Source of the DNA: Zhengella sp.
GTDB taxonomy: Bacteria; Pseudomonadota; Alphaproteobacteria; Rhizobiales; Rhizobiaceae
Assembly: GCA_041738295.1 (NCBI GenBank)
Contig: JBGSQC010000157.1
Span: 265 to 64,264, forward strand
Direction of reading: 5' to 3'
Length of the DNA stretch: 64,000 nt
This document shows, in pieces, positions 31,693 to 41,207 of this stretch (the stretch's first letter is position 1; each line of letters starts with the position of its first letter). The translations under genes and the position numbers were made by a program. The notes beneath the pieces were generated by a model that was given only the letters and a program-made list of their open reading frames with translations, had not been told where the DNA came from and made no database searches.

Positions 31693-31983
31693 ACCGGACC
31701 GCCCACAGGATTCTCCCTCAAAAGGAAAGGCGGAAATGCAAGCATCTCCGCCCAACGCGCGCCAGCGTTCCCACCGGTGGGCAAGGCGGATATCACCATG
31801 GCGGCACAGGTTGCCGCGAAAGCCATGCGAAGTGTGTTCATTCCTCGATCCACCGGACTGGATGCCCGGGAGCGAAACGTATCCGTACCCGCCTCCGGTC
31901 AGGCTGAGTGTTGACCGGTGGAGAGGTTCGGCCTTGATTCCGATCAAGGGTGATGGCGTGACTGAAAGGCCGGGACTTGGATC

Positions 31984-33141
31984 TCAGCCGCACTGCGCGC
32001 GAATGGCCGCAAGGAACACGCTAGCGCCGGTTTCAATGAGCGCGTCCGGGAAATCATAGTCCGGCGCATGAAGCGGCGGGCAATCAACGCCGGCACCCAG
32101 CACGAACATGGCGGCGGGACAAGCGGCGGAAAACCGGCCGAAATCCTCCGACCAGCGGAATGGCTTGTCGAGCCCGACCAAGGACAATCCGGTTTCACTG
32201 ATTGCCTCTGTTAGAGCCTCAACCGGCCTTTCATGGTTGGTGCAGGCTGCAAAGGCGTCGTGAACCGAGAGTTGCAGGCCCAGTCCGTGGGTTTTAGCCA
32301 CTGCTGTTGCCAGATCCTTCGCCTTCTCCATCAAAGAGAGCTGGCGGTTGTCATCAATGGCGCGGATGGTTGCCATCACCAGCGCTTCGCCGGGCGCTAT
32401 GCCAAAGGCCTCTTCGCCCAGCCTTGCGTGAACGAAGGTCACCAGTGCCTCACCCGGAACTTCCAGCCCAAGGCTTGCCGGCAAGGCGGGAAGTGCTGCC
32501 ATCAGCTCTGCCATGGCGATGGCCGGGCTGGTGCCTTGCTCAGGCATGGAGGCATGGGCGGTTCGCCCGGTTAACCGGATCGCAAGCCCGGCCGATGCGA
32601 AATTGAACGGCCCGGTGCGGATGGCCGCCGAGCCGAGTGCGAGACCGGGTAAATTGTGCAGAGACAGCACCATGTCCGGCTTCAGTGTCGCGAAGGCTGG
32701 ATCGGCCAAGACTGCCGCCGACCCCGCACCGGTTTCCTCTGCCGGCTGGAACAGCAGGATCACGCATCCGCGCCGGGGTGGCCGGGCGGAAAGTTCGCGC
32801 GCCATCGCAGCCAGAATGGCGCTGTGTCCGTCATGGCCACACAGATGGCCCCGGCCTTCCACTTCGGATTTCCACGGCACCGATCCGGTCTCGAGAATGG
32901 GCAGTCCGTCCAGTTCGGCGCGGATCATCAGGCGGGGGCCGGGTAGGCCACTGTCGATGACGGCGGCGATGCCGGTTCCGCCAAGGCCGGTCATGAGGCG
33001 AACACCCGGCAACCCATTCAGCGCCGCGGCGACGGCTTCAGCGGTGCCATGCTCCTCGCCGGAAATCTCCGGCCTGCGGTGCAGCGTATGGCGCAGACCG
33101 GTCGCCCATTGGATTGTCTGCGGGGAGAGGGAGCCGCTCAT
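31984..33141 (-). CDS. M20D amidohydrolase
   Basis: LHRRPEISGEE, RAELDGLP, HLCGHDGH, FQPAEE, SEDF, LHAPDYDF. Confidence 0.92.
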   Translation of the reverse strand: MSGSLSPQTIQWATGLRHTLHRRPEISGEEHGTAEAVAAALNGLPGVRLMTGLGGTGIAAVIDSGLPGPRLMIRAELDGLPILETGSVPWKSEVEGRGHLCGHDGHSAILAAMARELSARPPRRGCVILLFQPAEETGAGSAAVLADPAFATLKPDMVLSLHNLPGLALGSAAIRTGPFNFASAGLAIRLTGRTAHASMPEQGTSPAIAMAELMAALPALPASLGLEVPGEALVTFVHARLGEEAFGIAPGEALVMATIRAIDDNRQLSLMEKAKDLATAVAKTHGLGLQLSVHDAFAACTNHERPVEALTEAISETGLSLVGLDKPFRWSEDFGRFSAACPAAMFVLGAGVDCPPLHAPDYDFPDALIETGASVFLAAIRAQCG

Positions 33142-33344
33142 TGTTCGCCGAGCTTCATGTCAGGCGAATAGTCCTTTTCAGGAACGTCCTTCACCACCGC
33201 CTGGCCGCATTGCATGGTGCCGGCCGAGTCGTTGTAGGCATAGGTGGGCGAGCCATGGAGCTGCCAGCCCTTGTTCAGCGCCGCTGTCACCTTGTGGCAA
33301 AAGGAGGCGTCATCCGGCCCGGTCAGGAATCGGTAGAGTTTCAT
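33138..33344 (-). CDS. DUF1737-family protein
   Basis: YRFLTGPDDASFCHKVT...GWQLHGSP...CGQAVVK. Confidence 0.85.
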   Translation of the reverse strand: MKLYRFLTGPDDASFCHKVTAALNKGWQLHGSPTYAYNDSAGTMQCGQAVVKDVPEKDYSPDMKLGEQ

Positions 33345-33357
33345 GCTTCAGCTCCGT

Positions 33358-34230
33358 TCAATGGCCGGCCCGGGCCAGCAATCTGTTTGCCTGATCGAGG
33401 TGCAGCCGCTCGACCATGGTGCCGCCAAGGGCAATCACGCCCTTGCCCTCGTTTTGCGGCAGCGCGAAGGCATCGCGGATGACTTTTGCCTTGGCGATTT
33501 CGTCTGCCGATGGCGTGAAGGCTGTCAGCGCGGGCGCGATCTGTGCCGGGTGAATCAGTGTCTTGCCATCAAAGCCCATGGAAGCGCCCTGCCGGCATTC
33601 GGCGCCAAAGGCGTCGAGGTCGGAAAACTGGTTTGATACACCGTCAATCACATCTATGCCGCCAGCACGCGCTGCCAGCACCATCTGCATCAACCATGGT
33701 ATCATCAGCGTGCGGCCGGGTTCCAGCCGCGTGCCCGTCTCCTTGGCCAGATCATTGGTACCGGCGACCAGGCAATCCAGACGGGCGGCGCGGTGGCGCG
33801 CCAGTTCGGCAATTTCGGGCAGGTTCAGCAGGCCGCGCGCCGTTTCCACCATGGCCCAGAGCCGAAGCGTCGGTGGCGCATCGGTCTCGGCCAGTGCATC
33901 GGCTGCATCCAGCACATCCTGCGGCGCGCCGACCTTAGGCAACAGGATGGCATCCGGGCGGCAGCCACGGGCCGCCAGAAGGTCCTCGGCACCCCACGGG
34001 GTATCAAGGCCGTTGATGCGGATGATCCGCTCCTGGCTCGATTGCTTGTTGGCGCGGAAATGGGCGCGCAGGGCGTCACGGGCCGTTGCCTTGTCATCCG
34101 GAGCAACGGCATCTTCCAGATCGAAGATCACGGCGTCGCATTCAAGCGATGCGAGTTTTATCAGCGCCTTGGCATTGCTGGCTGGAACATAGAGGACCGC
34201 ACGGCGCGGCCTTTGCGGCTTGTCGGACAT
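33358..34230 (-). CDS. CitE/malyl-CoA lyase-like CoA-ester lyase
   Basis: RRAVLYVPASN, FDLEDAVA, ILLPKV, AGTNDL, GFDGKTLIHP. Confidence 0.92.
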   Translation of the reverse strand: MSDKPQRPRRAVLYVPASNAKALIKLASLECDAVIFDLEDAVAPDDKATARDALRAHFRANKQSSQERIIRINGLDTPWGAEDLLAARGCRPDAILLPKVGAPQDVLDAADALAETDAPPTLRLWAMVETARGLLNLPEIAELARHRAARLDCLVAGTNDLAKETGTRLEPGRTLMIPWLMQMVLAARAGGIDVIDGVSNQFSDLDAFGAECRQGASMGFDGKTLIHPAQIAPALTAFTPSADEIAKAKVIRDAFALPQNEGKGVIALGGTMVERLHLDQANRLLARAGH

Positions 34231-34371
34231 GGATCACTCCCGAATTGGCCAGACCCTATCTGCGCAGGCTTGTGCCTTGCAAGCCGGACTGCACGGAAAC
34301 TGCTGAAAACATGCGTCGCCTTTCATGGCTTGCGCCACGTCATCTGCACCGCCGGGGGCGATGATCTGCCC

Positions 34372-34533
34372 ATGAAACAAGCCATCGACATTGCCCGTCT
34401 TCGCCGCCGCCTGCCCGACCGCATTGTGCGGGATGGCTGGTGGCTTGATCCCGATACCGCGCCTGCAAAGCGGGTGCCTTCCTGCACCTCCCCTTCGATC
34501 CAGACAGTTCTCAGCAAGGAAAGCCGATCATGA
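34372..34533 (+). CDS. Small ORF (53 aa) coupled to the DUF4153 gene
   Basis: MKQAIDIARLRRRLPDRIVRDGWWLD...; its TGA overlaps the next ATG (ATGA). Confidence 0.45.
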   Translation: MKQAIDIARLRRRLPDRIVRDGWWLDPDTAPAKRVPSCTSPSIQTVLSKESRS

Positions 34534-36110
34534 TGCTTGCCTCCCTCACCTCGCGGCGTATCGCGCCGGTTGCGGTGTCCGCCGTCGCCCTGACAGCGCT
34601 TGCCGACCGGCTGTTGGACGGGCCGATGCCCGGCTATTCGCTGGCAGTTCTTCTGGCTGTGGTGATGGTCGCTGCGCTTTTCCTCAACCGTCATGTTGGC
34701 GGAAGGCAGCTGATGCTGGCCGCGGGCGCTGGTGGCTATGGCGTTCTTGCCCTGGCCGAAAACGTGTCGGATCTGTCGGCCCTCGTTTCGCTGCTGCTGG
34801 CAGGTCTATCGGCCATCCTGCTGTCGGGCTGGAAAATCCCCGGCGCCGGTGCGCTGCTGATGCGGCTTGTGCAGACCGGATTTCACGCGCCCTTTGCGCT
34901 GATCAGCGATGCCTTGCGGGTTCGCCGCAGCGCCCGGTTTGGAGGCTGCATCAAGGCGGGGCGCTCGCGCCTGACTGTCTGGGTGCTGCCCGTTGGTGCC
35001 GGCATTGTCTTCCTGTTCCTGTTTGCGCTGGCCAATCCGGTGCTTGATGCCGTGCTCGCACAGATCAATTTCTGGCTGCTGTTCGAACTGCTGGATCCTT
35101 TGCGTATCCTGTTCTGGATCGTTGTGCTCGCCGGCGTATGGCCGTTGCTTCGCCCGGGGATTTCCCGTTGGCGGAAAGACAAGGCTCTGCCCGTCGTGAG
35201 GCCGGAAGGGCTGGCGGCGGCACCAGTCAGCAAGGGCGCTGAACAGGGGTTGTTCGGCGAAGCGGCGATCCTTCGCTCGCTCATCATGTTCAACGCGCTC
35301 TTTGCCATGCAGACCGTCATGGATGCGGCCTATCTGTGGGGCGGCATCGCATTGCCCGAGGGCATGAGCTACGCCGCTTACGCCCATCGCGGTGCCTATC
35401 CGCTGATCGTGACGGCGCTTCTGGCGGCCGGTTTTGTTCTTGCTGCGACGCGGCCCGGAACGCCGGCCGCCTCCAATCGCACCATCCTGGCACTGGTGGG
35501 GTTGTGGATCGTTCAGAACATCGGGTTGGTGCTGTCCTCGGTTCTCAGGCTTGACCTCTATGTCTCGGTCTATGCGCTGACGCATTGGCGCGTGGCAGCC
35601 TTCCTCTGGATGGGCCTGGTCGGGCTTGGCCTGGCGCTGATCCTGATCCGGCTGGCCACGAGGCGGTCCATCGACTGGCTGGTCGGGACCAATCTTGCGG
35701 CGGCCGGACTCGTGCTGGCGATTTCCTGCCTTGTCAATTTTTCGGCGCATATTGCCGGTTTCAATGTCGACCGGTATCTCGAAGGCGGTATCCGCCAGTC
35801 AGCTTTCGATCCGCACCACCTGATTCGCTTGGGACCGGAGGCGCTGCCCGCCATTTCGAAGATCCTTGACCGTTGTACCGATCAGGTTTCGCCGATGATC
35901 CTGTCCTCCAGGATGTGCGACATCCTGCAGGACGGCGCCCGATGGCTGGTTTCAGAGCATGAAAGCAACACGGAAGACTGGCGTGGACGCAGCCTGCGCG
36001 CCGACCGGTTGACCGCCCGTCTTGCCACTCTTGAACCAAGTCTCCACGCACCAAAGCGAATCGTGCCACAATCACCCGACGAACGCGGCCTGGGAGGGTT
36101 CCGGAATTGA
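34530..36110 (+). CDS. DUF4153/DUF4173-like multi-pass membrane protein
   Basis: LFALANPV, SYAAYAHRGAYPL, RLDLYVSVYALTHWR; many hydrophobic helices. Confidence 0.82.
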   Translation: MMLASLTSRRIAPVAVSAVALTALADRLLDGPMPGYSLAVLLAVVMVAALFLNRHVGGRQLMLAAGAGGYGVLALAENVSDLSALVSLLLAGLSAILLSGWKIPGAGALLMRLVQTGFHAPFALISDALRVRRSARFGGCIKAGRSRLTVWVLPVGAGIVFLFLFALANPVLDAVLAQINFWLLFELLDPLRILFWIVVLAGVWPLLRPGISRWRKDKALPVVRPEGLAAAPVSKGAEQGLFGEAAILRSLIMFNALFAMQTVMDAAYLWGGIALPEGMSYAAYAHRGAYPLIVTALLAAGFVLAATRPGTPAASNRTILALVGLWIVQNIGLVLSSVLRLDLYVSVYALTHWRVAAFLWMGLVGLGLALILIRLATRRSIDWLVGTNLAAAGLVLAISCLVNFSAHIAGFNVDRYLEGGIRQSAFDPHHLIRLGPEALPAISKILDRCTDQVSPMILSSRMCDILQDGARWLVSEHESNTEDWRGRSLRADRLTARLATLEPSLHAPKRIVPQSPDERGLGGFRN

Positions 36111-36808
36111 GCGCGACAATCCTGATCGCCGATGATGATCCGCACATTCGCGACGTGGTCCGCTTCGCGCTTCAGCAGGCCGGCATGCACGTATGCGAAG
36201 CCGGGGACGGTTCACAGGCGCTGAGCTTGGCTGCCAGCATGCTTCCGGACCTGATTGTGCTTGATGTCGGCATGCCGGAGATGGATGGACTGGAAGTCTG
36301 CCGCGAATTGCGGAAGACCTCATCCACTCCCGTTCTTTTCCTGTCTGCCCGCGACGAGGAGATCGACCGAATCCTCGGACTCGAAATGGGCGGGGACGAC
36401 TATGTGACCAAGCCGTTTTCGCCGCGCGAACTGGTGGCGAGGGTCAAGGCAATCCTGAAGCGCAGTGCGCAACGTGCGCCGCAAGCCGCCGATCAGGTGC
36501 AAACCGAGATGCATGGCGCGCTGGTGCTCGACCGGCAGGCCCGCGAGGTGAGATTTGCGGACATGCCGCTCGACATGACCGCTCTGGAGTTCAACATCAT
36601 GGGCGTGCTGATGAAGCAGAAACGCCGGGTGTTCAGCCGTGAGCAGATCATGCAGGCCGCCTATGATGGCAACATCCATGTATCGGACCGAACCATCGAC
36701 AGCCATATCCGCAACATTCGCGCTAAGCTGGCCAAGGCCGGTTGCTTGTCCTCCATCGAAACAGTGCATGGCGTTGGCTTCCGGCTGGGAAATTGCGAAG
36801 CCCCATGA
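36107..36808 (+). CDS. OmpR-family response regulator (CreB-like)
   Basis: ADDDPHIR, VLDVGMP, DDYVTKPF, DRTIDSHIRNIR, TVHGVGF. Confidence 0.93.
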   Translation: MSATILIADDDPHIRDVVRFALQQAGMHVCEAGDGSQALSLAASMLPDLIVLDVGMPEMDGLEVCRELRKTSSTPVLFLSARDEEIDRILGLEMGGDDYVTKPFSPRELVARVKAILKRSAQRAPQAADQVQTEMHGALVLDRQAREVRFADMPLDMTALEFNIMGVLMKQKRRVFSREQIMQAAYDGNIHVSDRTIDSHIRNIRAKLAKAGCLSSIETVHGVGFRLGNCEAP

Positions 36809-38436
36809 CCGGCAATTTGAGGGCCATATCCAGCGGAAAATGGCGGCCGCGACTGGGCGCGGTGATCCTCGTGATCCTGCTCACCACACTTGCCCTGCCG
36901 CTGACAGGGCTGTTTTTCTTTCGCGTCTATGAAAACCAGCTGATCCGCCAGACCGAGGGCGAGTTGATCGGCCAGGCAGCGGTGCTGGCTGCAACCTACA
37001 AAGCTCTCCTTGCCGATGAGGGGGCAATCTCCAGCGAGCCTCCGGCCGTGCCGCCTGCCGCAACCAGCAACCGGTCCGCAGAGACAGGGCGGCAAGTATC
37101 CTATTTGACACCGGATAACGGACCTTATGATCCGGTTCTTCCCCGGCTTGATCTGGCGGTCGATCCCATTCTTGCGCGGCGTCCTGATGCGCTTTCCGCC
37201 GCCGAAGCGCCCGATCCAGCTGCCTTGTCGGCAGGACGGCGCATCGAGGCGATCCTGACCGAAACGCAGCGCGCCACATTGGCCGGCTTTCGGGTGCTGG
37301 ACCAAAACGGAACGGTGGTTACCGGACGCGGGGAAACCGGGCAGTCGCTTGCCCATGTTCCGGAAATTGCCGCAGCGCTTGGCGGGAAGGTCACGCCAGT
37401 GTTGCGGATCCGGGTGTCTGACCAGCCGGCGCCGCCAGTCTATTCGATCTCGCGGGGCACCAAGGTGCGTGTCTTCCTCGCCTGGCCGGTCATGGACGGG
37501 GCGCGTGTCGCCGGCGTCATCTATGTGTCGCGCACGCCGTCCAATATCATCAAGCATTTGCATGAGGAGCGCGGGAAGCTGATCCTGGCCGGGCTGGTCA
37601 CGCTTGCTGCCACGCTTCTCATCGGGTTTGTCGCCACCCGCACCATATCCGGGCCGATCAAGGAGCTGACCGCGCGCACACGGCGCATTGAAGCAGGCGA
37701 TCCCGCCGCCATGATGCCGCTCAGGCACAATGGCACACGTGAAGTGGCCGAACTGTCTGCGAGCTTCCTGTCCATGGCAGCTCGCCTGAAAGAGAGGTCC
37801 GATCATGTCGAGACCTTCGCCAGCCATGTCAGTCACGAGCTGAAGTCGCCGCTGACCTCGATCCAGGGTGCGGCTGAATTGATGCGCGATGCGGGTGACA
37901 CCATGGAGCCGGCGCAGCGCGAGCGGTTCCTCTCCAACATCATTGATGATACGCAGCGTCTGACTGCGCTCGTTCGCCGCCTGTTTGATCTGGCGCGTGC
38001 CGAAGCAGCGCCTGAAAGCCGCCGTACCTCGACACTGCATGATGTGCTTGCGGCAGCGGGTGCCTTTTCGCTTAATGTCCGGTGCGAGGGCGGCAGCATT
38101 CTTCCCCTTGCCATCAGTGCTGATCCCTTGTCCGCCATTCTTTCCAATCTCGCGCTCAACGCCAGCCAGCATGGCGCGACCGAAATGCTTGTGAGTGCTG
38201 CGCATACGGACGGGCAGGTGCGGTTGCGTGTCGCAGACAATGGAAGTGGCATCTCCGCGAAGAACCGGGAGCGCATTTTCGAGCCCTTTTTCACCACGCG
38301 CCGCGCTGAGGGTGGGACGGGCATGGGCCTCCAGATCGTGCGGGCAATGCTGCGTGCCCATGGCGGGGATATCGCACTGACCACCCCTTCCCAGGGCACT
38401 GAATTCGTGATCACACTCCCCGCCGTTGAAAGCTGA
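36805..38436 (+). CDS. HAMP-domain sensor histidine kinase (CreC-like)
   Basis: Two TM helices, HAMP domain, SHELKSPLTS H-box, DNGSG, FEPFFTT, GTGMGL. Confidence 0.93.
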   Translation: MTGNLRAISSGKWRPRLGAVILVILLTTLALPLTGLFFFRVYENQLIRQTEGELIGQAAVLAATYKALLADEGAISSEPPAVPPAATSNRSAETGRQVSYLTPDNGPYDPVLPRLDLAVDPILARRPDALSAAEAPDPAALSAGRRIEAILTETQRATLAGFRVLDQNGTVVTGRGETGQSLAHVPEIAAALGGKVTPVLRIRVSDQPAPPVYSISRGTKVRVFLAWPVMDGARVAGVIYVSRTPSNIIKHLHEERGKLILAGLVTLAATLLIGFVATRTISGPIKELTARTRRIEAGDPAAMMPLRHNGTREVAELSASFLSMAARLKERSDHVETFASHVSHELKSPLTSIQGAAELMRDAGDTMEPAQRERFLSNIIDDTQRLTALVRRLFDLARAEAAPESRRTSTLHDVLAAAGAFSLNVRCEGGSILPLAISADPLSAILSNLALNASQHGATEMLVSAAHTDGQVRLRVADNGSGISAKNRERIFEPFFTTRRAEGGTGMGLQIVRAMLRAHGGDIALTTPSQGTEFVITLPAVES

Positions 38437-38471
38437 CCGGATCATCCGGCTCAAGTCAGAAGGGGATTTTC

Positions 38472-39641
38472 ATGCGTCGGCATGATGTGGTGATTGTGGG
38501 CGGTGCCATCGTCGGGTCTTCAGTGGCCTGGTATCTGCGCGAGCAGGGTTTTGAAGGCTCGATTGCCCTGATCGAGCGCGACCCGTCCTTCACCCATGCA
38601 GCAACGACGCTCTCCTGCGCCTCCATCCGCCAGCAGTTCTCGATTGGCGAAAACATTGCGCTGTCTCAGTTCACGCTTGGCTTGTTCCGCCGGTTGAAGC
38701 AGGAATTCGGGCCGGAGGCCGATATCGGTTTCCGTGAAAAGGGCTACCTGCTGCTCGCGAGCGAGGAAGGACTTCCGATCCTGACCGCCAATCATCAGGT
38801 TCAGCAAGCCGCCGGGGCCGATATCGTCCTGGAAGATGCGGAAGCGCTTTCCCGGCGCTTCTCATGGCTCAGTACAGAGGGTGTGGTTGCCGGGGCTTAC
38901 GGGCGAAGCGGCGAAGGATGGTTCGATGCCCATCAACTGCTCGACCTGTTCCGCAAGGGGCTGAAGACGCGCGACATTAGCTTCATCACCGGATCGGCCG
39001 TCGCAATCGGCAAGAGCGGCAACCGCGTCCAGTCGGTCACCCTAGATACGGGCGAGGAGATCGGCTGCGGCCTGCTGGTCAATGCTGCCGGGCCGCAAGC
39101 GGGCGATGTCGCTACATTGGCCGGACTGGTCCTCCCCGTCGAGCCGCGCAAACGTTCGGTCTTCGTGTTCGAAGCCAAGGACCGGTTCGATGACATGCCG
39201 CTGATGGTGGACCCGTCCGGCATCTATGTTCGCCCGGAAGGCTCGGTCTATATTTGCGGCGGGGCGGAGGACTACGCCACCGATGCAAGGGCCGAGGCCG
39301 GTGATTTTGATCCGGACTGGAGCCTGTTCGAGGAGATCATCTGGCCGGTGCTGGCGCATCGCGTGCCGGCCTTCGAGGCCATCCGCCCGGGACGCGCCTG
39401 GGCCGGCCACTACGATTACAACACGCTCGACCAGAATGCCGTCATCGGCCCGCATCCAGAGGTCTCCAATTTCTTTTTCTGCAACGGCTTTTCCGGCCAT
39501 GGCCTGCAGCAGGCGCCGGCTGCGGGCAACGCGATTGCCGAGTTGATCGTCCATGGCGGCACCCGCACGCTGGATTGTTCCGTCTTTGCCTGGGAGCGGA
39601 TTGCGGCCAATGCTCCCTGCCGTGAACTTTGCGTGATCTGA
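38472..39641 (+). CDS. FAD-dependent oxidoreductase (DAO/FOXRED1-like)
   Basis: IVGGAIVGSS, SIRQQFS, WAGHYDYN, NGFSGHGLQQ. Confidence 0.88.
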   Translation: MRRHDVVIVGGAIVGSSVAWYLREQGFEGSIALIERDPSFTHAATTLSCASIRQQFSIGENIALSQFTLGLFRRLKQEFGPEADIGFREKGYLLLASEEGLPILTANHQVQQAAGADIVLEDAEALSRRFSWLSTEGVVAGAYGRSGEGWFDAHQLLDLFRKGLKTRDISFITGSAVAIGKSGNRVQSVTLDTGEEIGCGLLVNAAGPQAGDVATLAGLVLPVEPRKRSVFVFEAKDRFDDMPLMVDPSGIYVRPEGSVYICGGAEDYATDARAEAGDFDPDWSLFEEIIWPVLAHRVPAFEAIRPGRAWAGHYDYNTLDQNAVIGPHPEVSNFFFCNGFSGHGLQQAPAAGNAIAELIVHGGTRTLDCSVFAWERIAANAPCRELCVI

Positions 39642-39719
39642 GGCCGACCGCTTGAAAATGCCGGGCGCGGTTCCCACGTGATCCTGCAGAAGATCACTTG
39701 TCCTGAAAGGACCCGTCCG

Positions 39720-39962
39720 ATGAACCGTATCACCAATGCCCTCTTTGCCGTGGTGGCCCTTGCTGTCGCGCTGGCTGGAACCGTGTTTCTGGCGACCATC
39801 GGATTGGCGGTTCTGGGTGGCGTTGCGCTTGCAGGTGTGGCCGGAACGATCGTGCTGGCTTTGACGGGCCGCCGCCGCGCGCCTGCAACGGTCAATACCT
39901 CTGGCGCGCGCCCGTTCACCGTGCGCCGTGATGCGCACGGCACCATCATCGACATGGAATAA
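39720..39962 (+). CDS. Small membrane protein
   Basis: Long hydrophobic stretch, basic tail, ends GTIIDME; AAAGGA RBS. Confidence 0.7.
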   Translation: MNRITNALFAVVALAVALAGTVFLATIGLAVLGGVALAGVAGTIVLALTGRRRAPATVNTSGARPFTVRRDAHGTIIDME

Positions 39963-40065
39963 GCCGACAAGGCCGGGCAACCGGCCTTCTGTCGAAAGCA
40001 CCCCCTTTGATTTCCACGCCGCCTTTGCTAAAGGCTGCGGCAACTGGATTTCAGGGAAGCCCGTC

Positions 40066-40671
40066 ATGGACAAGTTCACCAAGCTCACCGGCGTTGCCGC
40101 TCCGCTGCCGATCGTCAACATCGACACGGACATGATCATCCCCAAGGATTATCTGAAGACGATCAAGCGCACCGGTCTTGGCTCCGGCCTTTTCGCCGAG
40201 ATGCGGTTCAACGAGGACGGCTCCGAGAATACCGATTTCGTGCTGAACAAGCCGGCCTACCGCAAGGCGCAAATCCTTGTTGCGGGTGACAATTTCGGCT
40301 GCGGCTCGTCACGCGAACATGCCCCCTGGGCGCTGCTCGATTTCGGCATCCGCTGCGTCATCTCCACCTCGTTTGCCGACATTTTCTACAACAACTGCTT
40401 CAAGAACGGCATCCTGCCGATCAAGGTCAGCCAGGACGATCTCGACAAGCTGATGGATGACGCCAATCGCGGTTCCAACGCCACGCTGACAGTTGATCTC
40501 GAGGCGCTGGAAATCCGCGGCCCCGATGGCGGCGTCATTGCCTTCACGCTGGACGAGTTCAAGCGCCATTGCATGCTCAACGGTCTCGACGATATCGGGC
40601 TGACGCTGGAGAAGGCCGATTCCATTGCCGCCTTCGAGAAGAAGAACGCCGAAACACGCCCCTGGGCCTGA
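40066..40671 (+). CDS. leuD: 3-isopropylmalate dehydratase small subunit
   Basis: [34 protein letters not shown]. Confidence 0.97.
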   Translation: MDKFTKLTGVAAPLPIVNIDTDMIIPKDYLKTIKRTGLGSGLFAEMRFNEDGSENTDFVLNKPAYRKAQILVAGDNFGCGSSREHAPWALLDFGIRCVISTSFADIFYNNCFKNGILPIKVSQDDLDKLMDDANRGSNATLTVDLEALEIRGPDGGVIAFTLDEFKRHCMLNGLDDIGLTLEKADSIAAFEKKNAETRPWA

Positions 40672-40710
40672 CCGGTTCTTTCCTCACCTCCCGATCAAGC
40701 AGGATTTTCC

Positions 40711-41091
40711 ATGCGCAAGCTCATCTCCACCGGCTCTCCCTTCGAAAAGCAGGCAGGTTACTCACGCGCTGTCGTCGAAGGCGACATGTGCTTTGTCTCC
40801 GGCACGACCGGCTATGACTACGCCACGATGACCATGCCGGAGAGCGTTGAGGAGCAGACCCGCAACATCTTCGCCACCGTCTCCAAGGCGCTGGAAGAAG
40901 GCGGATTCTCGCTCGCCGATGTCGTGCGCGCCATCTATTACGTGACCGATGCGTCCTATTCGGCAGACGTTTTCAAGGTGACCGGCGAGTTCTTCGGCGA
41001 TATCCGCCCGGCTGCGACCATGGTCATTGCCGGCCTGATCAAGCCTGAAATGAAGGTCGAGATCGAGCTGACCGCCCGCAAGCGCAACTGA
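40711..41091 (+). CDS. RidA/YjgF-family protein
   Basis: GYSRAV, VSGTTG, RPAATM, VEIE. Confidence 0.9.
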   Translation: MRKLISTGSPFEKQAGYSRAVVEGDMCFVSGTTGYDYATMTMPESVEEQTRNIFATVSKALEEGGFSLADVVRAIYYVTDASYSADVFKVTGEFFGDIRPAATMVIAGLIKPEMKVEIELTARKRN

Positions 41092-41207
41092 GGCCAGCGG
41101 CACTTTCGCGATTCAGCCTCTTTCCCTGTCCCAAGACGCATTCGTCCTCTTGGCGACTGCCTGTCCTTCGTGGTTCCTTCATCCCCTGAGGAATCGGGAG
41201 GACAATC

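Noticed and set aside
36661-38454. 597-aa minus-strand ORF
   Set aside because: Antisense shadow of the histidine kinase.
39670-39684. gttcccacgtgatcc as a parS site
   Set aside because: Too many mismatches; better explained as a promoter -10 region.
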